Positions 25,604 through 38,100 of a DNA stretch of 64,000 nt are shown here, piece after piece. The DNA lies in the NCBI RefSeq assembly GCF_963921235.1, contig NC_086097.1:434001-498000 (forward strand). Direction: 5' to 3'. Both the position numbers and the translations under genes were made by a program. Source of the DNA: Mobula hypostoma. Lineage: Eukaryota. The notes beneath the pieces are model-generated. The model ran no database searches, was not told where the DNA came from, and saw only the letters and a list, made by a program, of their open reading frames with translations. Each line of letters opens with the position of its first letter. Position 1 is the stretch's first letter.

Positions 25604-28600
25604 GCGCGTAGCGCGCCAAGGTTTAAAAAGAGAAAATTTCAATGGTTCTTGTTTCAGTCGAAGCAAGCAGCTGAAGAAGGGAGTGAAAAAATCGGGTAGA
25701 AAAAGTTTTTTTTTAAACACTGCTCGGGGAGAAGGGTCTGCACTGCGCAGGCACGTGACGTAGAGTGCCAAGGTTTAAAAGCAGACCACCATATACAGCG
25801 GCCATCATTGTAGTGGCCATCGTCGGGGTGGACTGAGTCAGAGTGGGACTGCTTTGGCTCAACAGGCTTCGGTGAGAACAGGCAGAGGCCAGGGTAGGTT
25901 CTGGTAAGTTTTTTTGTTCAGATTATTTTGAGTAGAGAGAATGCCAGGCAGGATGTTGGAATGCTCCTCTTGCAGGATGTGGGAAGTCAGGGAGCCCTCC
26001 AGTGTCCCTGACAACGACTCCTGCAAGAAATGCATCCAGCTGCAGCTCCTAACAAATCGCGTTAGGGAACTGGAGCAGGAGCTGGATGGCCTGCGGATCA
26101 TTCGGGAGAATGAGGAGATTATAGATCGTAGCTACAGGGAGGTAGTTACGCCAAAGGAGCAGAGGACAGGAAATTGGGTCACTGTCAGGCGAGGGAAGAG
26201 GAAAGGGCAGGCAGAGCAGGGTTCCCCTGTGGCCATTCCCCTCAACAACAAGTATACCGCATTGGATACTGTTGGGGGGGATGACTTACCTGGGACAAGC
26301 TGCAATAGCCGGATCTCTGGCACTGAGTCTGGCTCTGCAGTGCAGAAGGGAGGGTGGAAAAAGAGGAGAGCGGTAGTGATAGGGGACTCGATAGTTAGAG
26401 GTACAGATAGGAGGTTCTGTGGTCGTGACAGAGAATCCAGGATGGTTTGTTGCCTCCCGGGTGCCAGGGTCAAGGACGTCTCTGATCGCTTGCATGACAT
26501 TCTGAAGTGGGAGGGTGATCAGCCAGATGTCGTGGTGCACATCGGTACCAATGACATAGCAAGGAAGAGTGAGTAGGTCCTGGAGAGTGAGTATAGAGAG
26601 CTTGGTAGGAAGTTGAAAAGCAGGACCTCAAGGGTGGTAATCTCAGGATTGCTACCTGTGCTACGTGCCAGTGAGGGTAGGAATAGGACGCTCTGGAGGA
26701 TGAACAAATGGCTGAGGAACTGGTGTAGGGGGCAGAGTTTCAGATTTCAGGTTCATTGGGACCTCTTCTGGGGCAGGTGGGACCTGTACAAGAGAGACGG
26801 GTTACACTTGGACTACAGGGGGACCAATATCCTTTCAGGGAGGTTTGTGAGTGCTGTTGGGGAGGATTTAAACTAGATTTGCAGGGGGATGGGAACCAGA
26901 GTGCCAGAGCTGACAGTGTGGCTGGGGTGAAAATAAATGATGTTAAAAGTTCAAGCAAATCCGCTAATAGAAAGGTTGTGAGTGGTGGTAAAAATCTTCT
27001 GAGGTGTATATATTTCAATGCTAGGAGTATTGCGGGGAAGGCGGATGAGTTGAGGGTGTGGATTGACACATGGAATTATGACATTATAGCAATTAGTGAA
27101 ACTTGGCTACAGGAGGGGCAGGACTGGCAGCTTAATATTCCAGGGTTCCGATGTTTCAGATGAGATCGAGGCAGAGGAATGAAAGGTGGGGGAGTAGCAT
27201 TGCTTGTTAGGGAAAATATTACAGCAGTGCTCAGGCAGGACAGATTAGAGGGCTTGTCTACTGAGTCCTTATGGGTGGAGCTGAGAAACAGGAAAGGTAT
27301 GGCCATATTAGTGGGATTGTATTACAGACCACCCAATAGTCAACGAGAATTGGAAGAGCAAATCTGCAGAGAGATAGCAGGCAACTGCAGGAAACATAAA
27401 GTTGTGGTGGTAGGGGATTTTAATTTTCCATATATTGATTGGGACTCCCATACTGTTAGGGGTCTAGATGGTTTAGAGTTTGTAAAATGTGTTCAGGGAA
27501 GTTTTCTAAATCAATATGTAGAGGGACCAACTAGAGGGGATGCAATATTGGATCTCCTGTTTGGAAACGAGTTAGGACAAGTGACAGAAGTCTGTGTAGG
27601 GGAGCACGTTGGTTCCAGTGATCATAACACCATTAGTTTCAACTTGATCATGGACAAGGATAGATCTGGTCCTAGGGTTGAGGATCTGAACTGGAAGAAG
27701 GCCAAATGTGAAGAAATGAGAAAGGATCTAAAAAGCGTGGATTGGGACAGGTTGTTCTCTGGCAAGGATGTGATCAGTAGATGGGAAGCCTTCAAAGGAG
27801 AAATTTTGAGAGCGCAGAATTTGTATGTTCCTGTCAGGATTAAAGGCAAAGTGAATAGGAATAAGGAACCTTGGTTCTCAAGGGATATTACAACTCTGAT
27901 AAAGAAGAAGAGGGATTTGTATGACATGTATAGGAAGCAGGGAGTAAATAAAGTGCTTGAGGAGTATAAGAAGTGCAAGAAAATACTTAAGAAAGAAATC
28001 AGGAGGGCTAAAAGAAGACATGAGGTTGCCTTGGCAGTCAAAGTGAAGGATAATCCAAAGAGTTTTTACAGGTATTTTAAGAGCAAAAGGATTGTAAGGG
28101 ATAAAATTGGTCCTCTTGAAGATCAGAGTGGTGGGCTATGTGCGGAACCAAAGGAAATGGGGGAAGATCTTAAATAGGTTTTTTGCGTCTGTATTTACTA
28201 AGGAAACTGGCATGAAGTCTATGGAATTAAGGGAAACAAGTAGTGAGATCATGGAAACTGTACAGATCGAAAAGGAGGAGCTCCTTGCTATCTTGAGGAA
28301 AATTAAAGTGGGTAAATCCCCGGGACCTGACAGAGTGTTCCCTCTGACCTTGAAGGAGACTAGTGTTGAAATTGCCGGGGCCCTGGCAGAAATATTTAAA
28401 ATGTCGCTGTCTATAGGTGAGATGCCGGAGGATTGGAGAGTGGCTCATGTTGTTCCGTTGTTTAAAACAGGATCGAAAAGTAATCTGGGAAATTATAGGC
28501 CAGTAAGTTTAATGTCAGTAGTAGGAAGTTATTGGAGGGAGTACTAAGAGACAGAATCTACAAGCATTTGGATAGACAGGGACTTATTAGGGAGAGTCAA

Positions 28601-29541
28601 CATGGCTTTGTGCCTGGTAGGTCATGTTTGACCAATCTATTGGAGTTTTTCGAGGAGGTTACCAGGAAAGTGGATGAAGGGAAGGCAGTGGATATTGTCT
28701 ACATGGACTTCAATAAGGCCTTTGACAAGGTCCCGCATGGGAGGTTAGTTAGGAAAATTCAGTCGCTAGGTATACATGGAGAGGTGGTAAATTGGATTGG
28801 ACATTGGCTCGATGGAAGAAGCCAGAGAGTGGTGGTAGAGAATTGCTTCTCTGAGTGGAGGCCTGTGACTCGTGGTGTGCCACAGGGATCAGTGCTGGGT
28901 CCATTGTTATTTGTCATCTATATCAATGATCTGGATGATAATGTGGAAAATTGGATCAGCAAGTTTGCTGATGATACAAAGATTGGAGGTGTGGTAGACA
29001 GTGAGGAAGGTTTTCAGAGCCTGCAGAGGGACTTGGACCAGCTGGAAAAATGGGCTGAATAATGGCAGATGGAGTTTAATACTGACAAGTGTGAGGTATT
29101 GCACGTTGGAAGGACAAATGTTAGGAATAGGTTAGGACTTTATTCCCTGGAGCGTAGAAGAATGAGGGGAGATTTGATAGAGGTATATAAAATTATGATG
29201 GGTATAGATAGAGTGAATGCAAGCAGGCTTTTTCCACTGAGGCAAGGGGAGAAAAAAACCAGAGGACATGGGTTAAGGGTGAGAGGGAAAAAGTTTAGAG
29301 GGAAGATTAGCGGGGACTTCTTCACACAGAGAGTGGTGGGAGTATGGAATGAGCTGCCAGACGAAGTGGTAAATGCGGGTTCTTTTTTAACATTTAAGAA
29401 TAAATTGGACAGATACATGGATGGGAGGTGTATGGAGGGATATGGTCCGTGTGCAGGTCAGTGGGACTAGGCAGAAAATGGTTCGGCACAGCCAAGAAGA
29501 GCCAAAAGGCCTCTTTCTGTGCTGTAGTTTCTATGGTTTCT
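25604..29541 (+). mobile_element. Young near-full-length CR1 (copy 1): 5' UTR, ORF1 (CxxC-CxxC, leucine zipper, SGNH esterase), ORF2 EN-RT
   Basis: ORFs at 25941-26576, 27179-28177 and 28532-29062 ('[10 protein letters not shown]', 'FADD'). Host CR1 'ttttgggcccc ata tctcagaaagg' is split with ATA duplicated. Internal deletion near 29120. Confidence 0.93.
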
Positions 29542-30379
29542 ATATCTCAGAAAGGATGTGCTGTCATTGGAGAGAGTCCAGAGGAGGTTCATGTGGATAA
29601 TTCTGGGGATGAAGGGGTTAACATATGAGGACTATTTGGCAGCTTTGGGCCTGTACTCACTGGAATTTAGAAGAATGCAGGAGTTAAGGTATTTGATAAG
29701 GTACCCCATGCAAGGCTTATTGAGAAATTAGGGAGGCATGGGATCCAAGGGGACCTTACTTTGTAGATCCAGAATTGGCTTGCCCACAGAAGGCAGAGAG
29801 TGGCTGCAGACGGGTCATATTCTCCATGGAGGTCAATGACCAGTGGTGTGCCTCAGGGATCTGTTCTGGGACCCCTTCTCTTCATGAAGTTTATAAATGT
29901 CCTGGATAGGTTAGTAAATTTGCTGATGACACAAAGTATGAGGTTGTTGTGGATAGTGTAGAGGGCTGTCAGTGGTTACAACAGGACATTGATAGGATGC
30001 AAAACTGGAATGAGAAGTGGCAGATGGAGTTCAACCCAGATAAGTGTGAGGTGGTTCATTTTGATAGGTCAAATATGATAGCAGAATATGGTATTAATGG
30101 TAAGACTCTTGGTGGTGTGGAGCATCAGACGGATCTTGGGGTCCGAGTCCATAGGACACTCAAAGCTGCTACGCAGGTTGACTCTATGATTAAGAAGGCA
30201 TACGGCGCATTGGCCTTCATCAACCGTGGGATCGAGTTTTTGAGCCGAGAGGAAATGTTACAGCTTTATAGGATGCTAGTCAGGCGCCACTTGGAGTACT
30301 GTGCTCAGTTCTGGTCACCTCGTTACAGGAAGGATGTGGAAACTGTAGAAAGGGTGCAGAGGAGGTTTACAAGGATATT

Positions 30380-32507
30380 AAAAACGCAAACATGAGGAAA
30401 TCTGGAGATGCTGGAAATTCAAGCAACACCCACAAAAACTGCTGGTGAACGCAGCAGGCTGGGCAGCATCTATAGGAAGAGGTACAGTTGACGTTTTGTG
30501 CAGAGACCCTTTGTCAGGACTAACTGAAAGAAGAAATAGTAAGAGATTTGAAAGGGGGTGGGGGAGGGGGAGATCCGAAATGATAGGAGAAGACAGGATG
30601 GGGAGGGATGGAGCCAAGAGCTGGAAAGAGAAGGGAGAGGATCATGGGACGGGAGGCCTAGGGAGAAAGAAAGGGGGGGAGCCCAGAGGATGGGCAAGGA
30701 GTTATAGTGAGAGGGACAGAGGGAGAAAAAAAGAGAGAAAAAAGGGAAAAGAAAAAATATAATAATAAATAAATAAGGGGGTACGAAGGGGAAGTGGGGC
30801 ATTAACGGAAGTTAGAGAAGTCTGTGTTCATGCCATCAGGTTGTAGGCTACCCAGACGGAATATAACGTGTTGTTCCTCCAACCTGAGTGTGGCTTCAAC
30901 TTTACAGTAGAGGAGGCCGTGGACAGACATATAAGAATGGGAATGGGATGTGGAATTAAAATGTGTGGCCACTGGGAGGTCCTGCTTTCTCTGGCAGACA
31001 GAGCGTAGGTGTTCAGCAAAACGATCTCCCAGTCTGCGTCGGGTCTCACCAATATATAGAAGACCACATCGGGAGCACCGAACGCAGTATATCACCCCAG
31101 CCGACTCACAGGTGAAGTGTCGCCTCACCTGGAAGGACTGTCTGGGGCCCTGAATGGTGGTGAGGGAGGACGTGTAAGGGCATGTGTAGCACTTGTTCCG
31201 CTTACAAGAATATGTGCCGGGAGGGATGGGGGGGGGGGCATGAGTGGACAAGGGAGTCGCGTAGGGAGCGATCCCTGCGGAAAGCAGAGAGAGGTGGGGA
31301 GGGAAAGATGTGCTTAGTGGTGGAATCCCGTTGGAGGTGGCGGAAGTTACAGAGAATTATATGTTGGATCCGGAGGCTGGTGGGGTGGTAGGTGAGGACA
31401 AGGGGAACCCTATTCCTAGTGGGGTGGGTTAGGGTTAGGGTAACCCTAACCCTAATGCGAGGATGGAGTGAGAGCAGATGTGCATCAAATGGGGGAGATG
31501 CATTTGAGAGCAGAGTTGATGGTGGAGGAAGGGAAGCCCCTTTCTCTAAAAAAGGAGGACATCTCCTTCGTCCTGGAATGAAAAGCCTCATCGTGAGAGC
31601 AAATGCAGTGGAGACAGAGGAATTGCAAGAAGGGGATGGCATTTTTGCAAGAGACGGTGGGAAGAGGAATAGTCCAGGTAGCTGTGAGAGTCCGTAGGCT
31701 GAAAGTAGACATCAGTAGATAAGCTGTCTCCAGAGATAGAGACAGAAAGATCAAGAAAGGGGAGGGAGGTGTTGGAAATGGACCAGGTAAACTTGAGGGC
31801 AGGGTGAAAGTTGGAGGCAAAGTTAATGAAGTCTTCTATATATTGGCGAGACCTGACACAGGCTGGGAGACCGTTTCGCTGAACACCTACGCTCTGTCCA
31901 CCAGAGAAAGCAGGATCTCCCAGTGGTCGCACATTTTAATTCCACGTCCCATTCCCATTCTGATATGTCTATCCACGGCCTCCTCTACTGTAAAGATGAA
32001 GCCACACTCAGGTTGGAGGAACAACACCTTATATTCCGTCTGGGTAGCCTCCAACCTGATGGCATGAACATTGACTTCTCTAACTTCCGTTAATGCCCCA
32101 CCTCCTCCTCATACCCCATCCGTTATTTATTTATTATTTTTTTTCTTTTTACCTTTTTTCCCTCTCTTTTTTCTCCCTCTGTCCCTCTCACTATAACTCC
32201 TCTCCCATCCTCTGGGCTCCCCTCCCCTTCTTTCTTTCTCCCTAGGCCTCCGGTCCCATGATCCTCTCCCTTCTCCAGCCTTGTATCCCTTTTGCCAATC
32301 AACTTTCCAGCTCTGAGCTCCATCCCTCCCCCTCCTGTCTTCTCCCATCATTTCAGATCTCCCGCTCCCCCTCCCCCTTTCAAATCTTACTATCTCTTCT
32401 TTCAGTTAGTCCTGCCGAAGGGTCGCGGCCCGAAACGTCGACTGTACCTCTTCCTATAGATGCTGCCTGGCCTGCTGCGTTCACCGGCATTTTTTGTGTG
32501 TGTTGCG
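30380..32507 (-). mobile_element. Penelope-like element with inverted terminal duplication
   Basis: GIY-YIG-type endonuclease 'GVIYCVRCSRCGLLYIGETRRRLGDRFAEH' and RT tail 'FHPALKFT...LPFLDLSV'. Inversion point near 31835. 13-bp TSD ttacaaggat(a/g)tt at 30367-30379 and 32508-32520. Confidence 0.92.
31428..31455. repeat. Interstitial head-to-head telomeric repeat
   Basis: GTTAGGGTTAGGG-TAACCCTAACCCTAA. Absent from the paralogous PLE position at about 48541-48570. Confidence 0.9.
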
Positions 32508-35500
32508 TTACAAGGATGTTGCCTGGATTGAGGAGCATGCCTTGTGAGAATAGGTTTAGTGAACTCAGCCTTTTCTCCTTCGAGCGGCGGAGGATGAGAT
32601 GTGACCTGATAGAAATGTATAAGATGATGAGAGGCATTGATCGTGTGGAAAGTCAGAGGCTTTTTCCCAGGGCTGAAATGACTAACATGAGAGGGTACAG
32701 TTTTAAGGTGCCTGGAAGTAGGTACAGAGGAGGTGTAAGTTTTTTAAGCAGAGAGTGGTGAGTGCGTGGAATGGGCTGCGGGCGACAGTGGTGGAGGTGG
32801 ATATGATAAGGTCTTTGAAGAGCTGCCTGGATAGGTACATAGAGCTTAGAAAAGTAGAGGGCCATGGGTAACCCGACGTAATTTCTAAAGTAAGTGTGTT
32901 TGGCAGAACATTATGGGCCGAAGGGCCTGTATTGGGCTGTAGGTTTATCTCTGTTCTATGTTTCTATCTCATTAAAACCTACAGAATGTTGAAAGGCCAA
33001 GAGAAGGTGGATGTGGAGAGGATGTTTCCTATGGGAGGGTTATCCAGATCTAGAGGGCATAGACTCAAATTTGAGGGGTGACCTTTTAGAACAGAGGTAA
33101 GGAGGAATTTTTTTGGCCAGTGAGTAATAAATTTGTGGAATGTTTTGCCAATGACGGAGGTGGAGGCCAGATCCATGTATATATTTAAGGCAGAAATTGA
33201 TTGTTTCCTGATCAGTCAGGTATCAAAGGATATGGCGAGAAGACAGGTGTATGGGGTTGAGTGGGATCAAGATCAGCCATGCTGGAATGGTGGAGCAGAT
33301 TTGATGGGCTGAACGTAATAAAATCCAATGTGTCGGTATTTCGGTGGAATAAAGGAAATTACACTGGCGTGAGAGGGGAACTGGCCGAAATTGACTGAAA
33401 AGGGACATTTGCAGGAAGGACAGCAGAGCAGCAATGGGTGGAGTTTCTGCGAAAAATGAGGGAAGTGCAAGACAGATATATTCCAAATAAGAAGAAATTT
33501 TCGAATGGAAGAAGGACACTACCGTGGCTGACAAGTGAAGTCAGAGTCAAAGTAAAAGCAAAGGAGGGGGCATACAAGGAAGTCAGAGCTAGTGGGAAGA
33601 TAGAGGATTGGGAAGCTTTTAAAAACATGCAGAAGGAAACTAAGAAGGTCATTTGGAAGGAAAAGATGAATTATGAAAAGAAGCTGGCAACTAATATCAA
33701 AGAAGATACTAAAAGCTTTTTTAAGTATATAAAGGGTAAAAGAGAGTCGAAGGTAGATATAGGACCAATACAAAATGATGCTGGAGATATTGTAATGAGA
33801 GATGCAGAGATGGCGGACGAACTGAGTGCGTATTTTGCATCAGTCTTCGGTATACCGGACATTCAAGAGTGTCAGGGAAGTGAAGTTAGTGCAGTGAAAA
33901 TTACAACTGAGAAGGTGCTCAGGAAGCTTCGTGGTCTGAGGGTGGATAAATCTCCTGGACCTAATGGAATGCAGCCTCGGGTTCTGAAGGAAGTAGCTGG
34001 AGAGATTGTGTTAACGATGATCTTTCAAGAATCGATGGATTCTGGCATTTTACCGGATGACTGGAAAACTGCAAATGTTACTCTGCTATTCGAGAAGGGT
34101 GGCAGGCAGCAGAAAGGAAACTATAGACCTGTTAACCTGACATCAGTGGTTGGAAAGTTGTTGGAATCAATAGTTAGGGATGAAATTATGGTGTACCTGG
34201 AGGCACATGACAAGATAGGCCAAATCCTGCCTGACAAACCTACTGCAATTCTTTGAGGAAATTACAAGCAGGGTAGACAAAAGAGATTCAATAAAAGTGG
34301 TGTACTTCGATTTTCAGAAGGCATTTGACAAGGTGCCACACATGAGGCTGCTTAGCAAGATAAGATCCCGTGGGATTACAGGGGAGTTACTAGCCTGGGC
34401 GGAGCACTGGCTGATCGGCAGAAAACAGAGAGTGGGAATAAAGGGATCCTATTCTGGCTGGCTGCACAGGGGTTGGTGCTGGCAATGCTGCTTCTTACGA
34501 TGTACATCAATGATAAGTACATGTTCAGCACAGCATAGTGGGCCGAAGGGCCTGTATTGTGCTGTAGGTTTTCTATGTTTTTCCCCAACAGGTTAGGGGT
34601 GTAGTGGACAGCGAAGAAGGCTATCTAAGCTTGCAGCGAGATCTAGACCAGTTGGAAAAATGGGCTGAAAAATGGCACATGGAATTTGCTAGACAAGTGC
34701 GAGGTATTGCACTTTGTGAGGGCAAATCAGAGCAGGTCTTACACATAAGTATTTGGGCACGGAGAAGAATGGTAGAACAGAAGTGTCTGGGAATACAGAT
34801 CTATAATTCCTTGAAAGTGGCATCACAGGTAGATCGAGTCATAAAGAAAGCTTTTGGCACATTGGCCTTCATAAATCAATGGGTTGAGTACAGGAGTTGA
34901 GATGTTATTTTGAAATTGTACAAAATGCCGTTGAAGCCAAATTTGGAGTATTGTGTGCAGTTTTGACCACTTACCTGCAGGAGTGATGTAAATAAGCTTG
35001 AAAGAGTGCAGAGAAAATTTACAAAGATTTTGCTGGGAATTGAGGTCCTGAGTTATCGGGAAAGGTTAAATAGGTTAGGACTTTATTTCCTGGAGTGCAG
35101 GAAAATAAGGTGTTGTCTTATCAGACGATACAAAATTAGGAAGAAATTTACCAGAATGCTGCCTGGATTAGAGAACTTGTTTTATGGGGATAGGTTTATC
35201 AAGCTAGTTTTTTTTTCCTTGGAAGGAAGGAGGTTGTAAGGAGACTTGATAAAGGTGGTTAAGATGATAAGCTGAACAGCCAGTTACTTTTTGTCCGGGG
35301 CTGAAATAGCTAATATGAGAGGCCATAATTTTCAGCTGATTGGAGGAATTTACAGATCTTTTACACAAGGTGGTGGATATGCAGAATGTGCTGCGAGGAC
35401 TGATGGTAGAGGCAGATACATTAGGGATATCTAAGGAGACCCTTAGATAACAAGCCCTTTGGCTCACAGACATGTGCCGAACATGTCCTTACCTGAGAAC

Positions 35501-36494
35501 TACCGAGGCTTACCCATAGCTCTCTATTTTTCTAAGCATGTATATATCCAGGGACCCTATTATTTCCGCCTCCACCACTGCCACCAGCAGCCCATTCCTC
35601 GCACTCACCACTCTCTATGTAAAAAAAACTCACCCCTGACATCTTTTCTGTACCTACTTCTAAACACCTTAAAACTATGCCCTCCTATGCTAGCCATTTC
35701 AGCCCTGGGAAAAAGCCTCTGACTATCCACACGATCAATGCCTCTCATCATCTTATACACCTCTATCAGATCACCTCTCATCTTCCGTCGCTCCAAGGAG
35801 AAAAGGCTGAGTTCACTCAACCTATTCTCATAAGGCATGCTCCCAATCCAGGCAGCATTCTTGTAAATTTCCTCTGCACCCTTTCTATGGTTTCCACGTC
35901 CTTCCCGTAGTGAGGCAACCAGAATTGAGCACAGTACTCCAAGTGGGGTCTGACCAGGGTCCTATATAGCTGCAACATTACCTCTCGGCTCTTAAACTCA
36001 ATCCTACAATTGATGAAGGCCAATACATCGTATGCCTTTTTAACCACAGAGTCAACCTGCGCAGCAGCTTTGAGTGTCTTACGGACTCGGACCCCAAGAT
36101 CCGTCTGATCCTCCACACTGCCAAGAGTCTTGCCATTAATGCTATATTCTGCCATCATATTTAACCTATCAAAATGAACCATCTCACATTTATCTGTGTA
36201 GGGGGTCCCAGAACAGATCCCTGAGGCACACCACTGGTCACTGGCCTCCATGCAGAATATGACCCGTCTACAACCACTCTTTGCCTTCTGTGGGCAAGCA
36301 GTTCTCGATCCACGAAACAATGTCCCCTTGGATCCCATACCTCCTTACTTTCTCAATAAGCCTTGCATGGGGTACCTTTATCAAAAGCCTTGCTGAAATC
36401 CATATACACTACATCTACGGATCTATCTTCATCAATGTGTTTCGTCACATCCTCAAATAAACACATGGATGAAAGAAAAATGTAGGGTTATATG

Positions 36495-36705
36495 AACAAG
36501 AGAGAATCTGCAGATGCTGGAAATCCGAGCAACACACACAAAATACCGGAGGAACTCAATGGCCAGCAGCATCTATGGGGGAAGAAAGTGCAGTCTATGT
36601 TTTGGGACATCCTGCGGAAGGGTATTGGCCGGAAACATCGACTGTACGTTTTTCCCATAGATGTTGCATAAATGCTGAGTTCCTCCAGCATTTTGTGTGT
36701 GTTGA
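36495..36705. mobile_element. Mini Penelope-like inverted termini, second family
   Basis: caacacacacaaaat...attttgtgtgtgttg arms around a degenerate hammerhead-like CTGCGGA...GAAACATC. Confidence 0.7.
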
Positions 36706-37149
36706 AGGGCTAAATGGGAGGGATTGATCTTAGAGTCTGTTAAAAACTTGGCACACCATGGGCTGAAGGGCCTGTACTGTGTTGTACCATTTGTGTATGG
36801 TGAGTACAAGGTGTGAGTTCCTTACAAAATATATGGCAGTTCCTCACCTGAGCTAAACCAACAGCACCACTCAAACCACGAGCACGTTTTGTCAAATGGA
36901 GTACAAAGGGACTAGCTCGAGTCATAGATGTGACTATCACTGTAAAGATGTCTCCTTTTCTCCTCCTTAATCCCCTCTTCACTGCAATTCTTCCTTCCTG
37001 ATTGAACTGGTCTGTTGGGATGATGTAGTTTGAGTTGGTGGGTAACCTTCCATTGCCAGTCTTTTTCTTTGCCATTTCAGAGATCTGTACTGATTCAATG
37101 TGCAAGATTCCTTCGATCTGTAGAGAATCACTGTTCTCTTTTATTCCAG

Positions 37150-37255
37150 CTTCTATTTGTTTCATCCACTGGCCTATGGGATGGTTGGCCCGTATGCTCA
37201 GGATCCTCACAGTCCAATGGCAGGGTTGAGGTGGATGGAGTCTTGGGAATTCTAA
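37150..37255 (+). CDS. POMT2: POMT2 terminal coding exon to the stop codon
   Basis: Acceptor ttctcttttattccAG. Encodes (S)[34 protein letters not shown] then TAA, closely matching the vertebrate POMT2 C-terminus. Confidence 0.97.
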
Positions 37256-37408
37256 ACCTCACTGAGCTCAGACACGAGTGACAGCAGCCGTTCAGTGTCA
37301 GAGCATTGCCACAACGCTAAAGCGAAGATTCTGTGAAGAGGAATGGGGCGACTTGCTTTGCCAAACTTTTCATCAATTCTTCTCATCTTCAACACAAACA
37401 ATGGTGTT

Positions 37409-37414
37409 ATTAAA
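37409..37414 (+). promoter_or_regulatory. Candidate POMT2 polyadenylation signal (ATTAAA)
   Basis: ATTAAA about 155 nt after the stop, near the end of the non-repetitive sequence. No transcript evidence. Confidence 0.45.
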
Positions 37415-37511
37415 CAGACATTTGTGAGAGTTTACTTGGAGTATTATGGTCACAGATTCACAGGCATATTGCTGGAACTGGAGGCCTTTAGTTATAAGAA
37501 TAGAATGGATA

Positions 37512-38100
37512 ATAGATAGATAGATGTACTTTATTGATCCCGAGGGAAATTGGGTTTTGTTACAGCCGCACCAACCAAGAATAGAGCATAAATATAGCAA
37601 TACAAAAACCACAAACAATCAAACAATAAAATGCAAACTATGCCAGATGGAAAATAAGTCCAGGACTAGTCTATTGGCTCAGAGTGTCTGACCCTCCACG
37701 GGAGGAGCTGCAAATTCAATGGCCACAGGCAGTAACGACCTCCCTTGCCGCCCAGTGTTGAATCTCAGTGGAATGTGGCCGAAGTCCAACAGTAAAAAGT
37801 TCAATATCCGGTCTACAAACACATTCCTCGATCGTAATATGACCCGGATTACACCATCTGTTGTTAACCAGAACAGTAAGCACCCAACTCCTTTACGCTT
37901 ACTACTCTCAGTGCACTTCTGGTCAGCCCGAACGGTCTGGAAGCCGTCCATGGAAAAGTTTTGATTGGGTATGTCCTCGTGCAGCCCCGTTCCAGTGAAA
38001 CACATAACACTGCACTCCCGAAATATTCTCTGACGCCTGGCTAGTGCCGTGAACTCGTCCATTTTATTACCTACCGAACTCCTCTTCTCCATAAGTCTCC
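37512..38100 (-). mobile_element. Internally deleted Rex1-type LINE
   Basis: EN N-terminus 'NKMDEF...RECSVMCFT...GFQTVRAD' joined to a 3' end with AATAAA and a (CTAT)n tail. Confidence 0.75.

Larger units (their letters stand above)
29542..36480. mobile_element. Stack of CR1 fragments in both orientations, hosting the PLE at 30380-32507
   Basis: Many CR1 RT peptides, for example 29949-30395, 33438-34256 and 35817-36338. Confidence 0.85.

Noticed and set aside
25941..26876. Zinc-finger plus SGNH esterase ORF as a novel enzyme gene
   Set aside because: This is the known ORF1 architecture of vertebrate CR1 elements, and this copy has a premature stop.
36740..37210. 156-aa minus-strand ORF overlapping the last POMT2 exon
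   Set aside because: No recognisable motif, and it runs from antisense exon through intron into a CR1 tail. Most likely a chance open frame.
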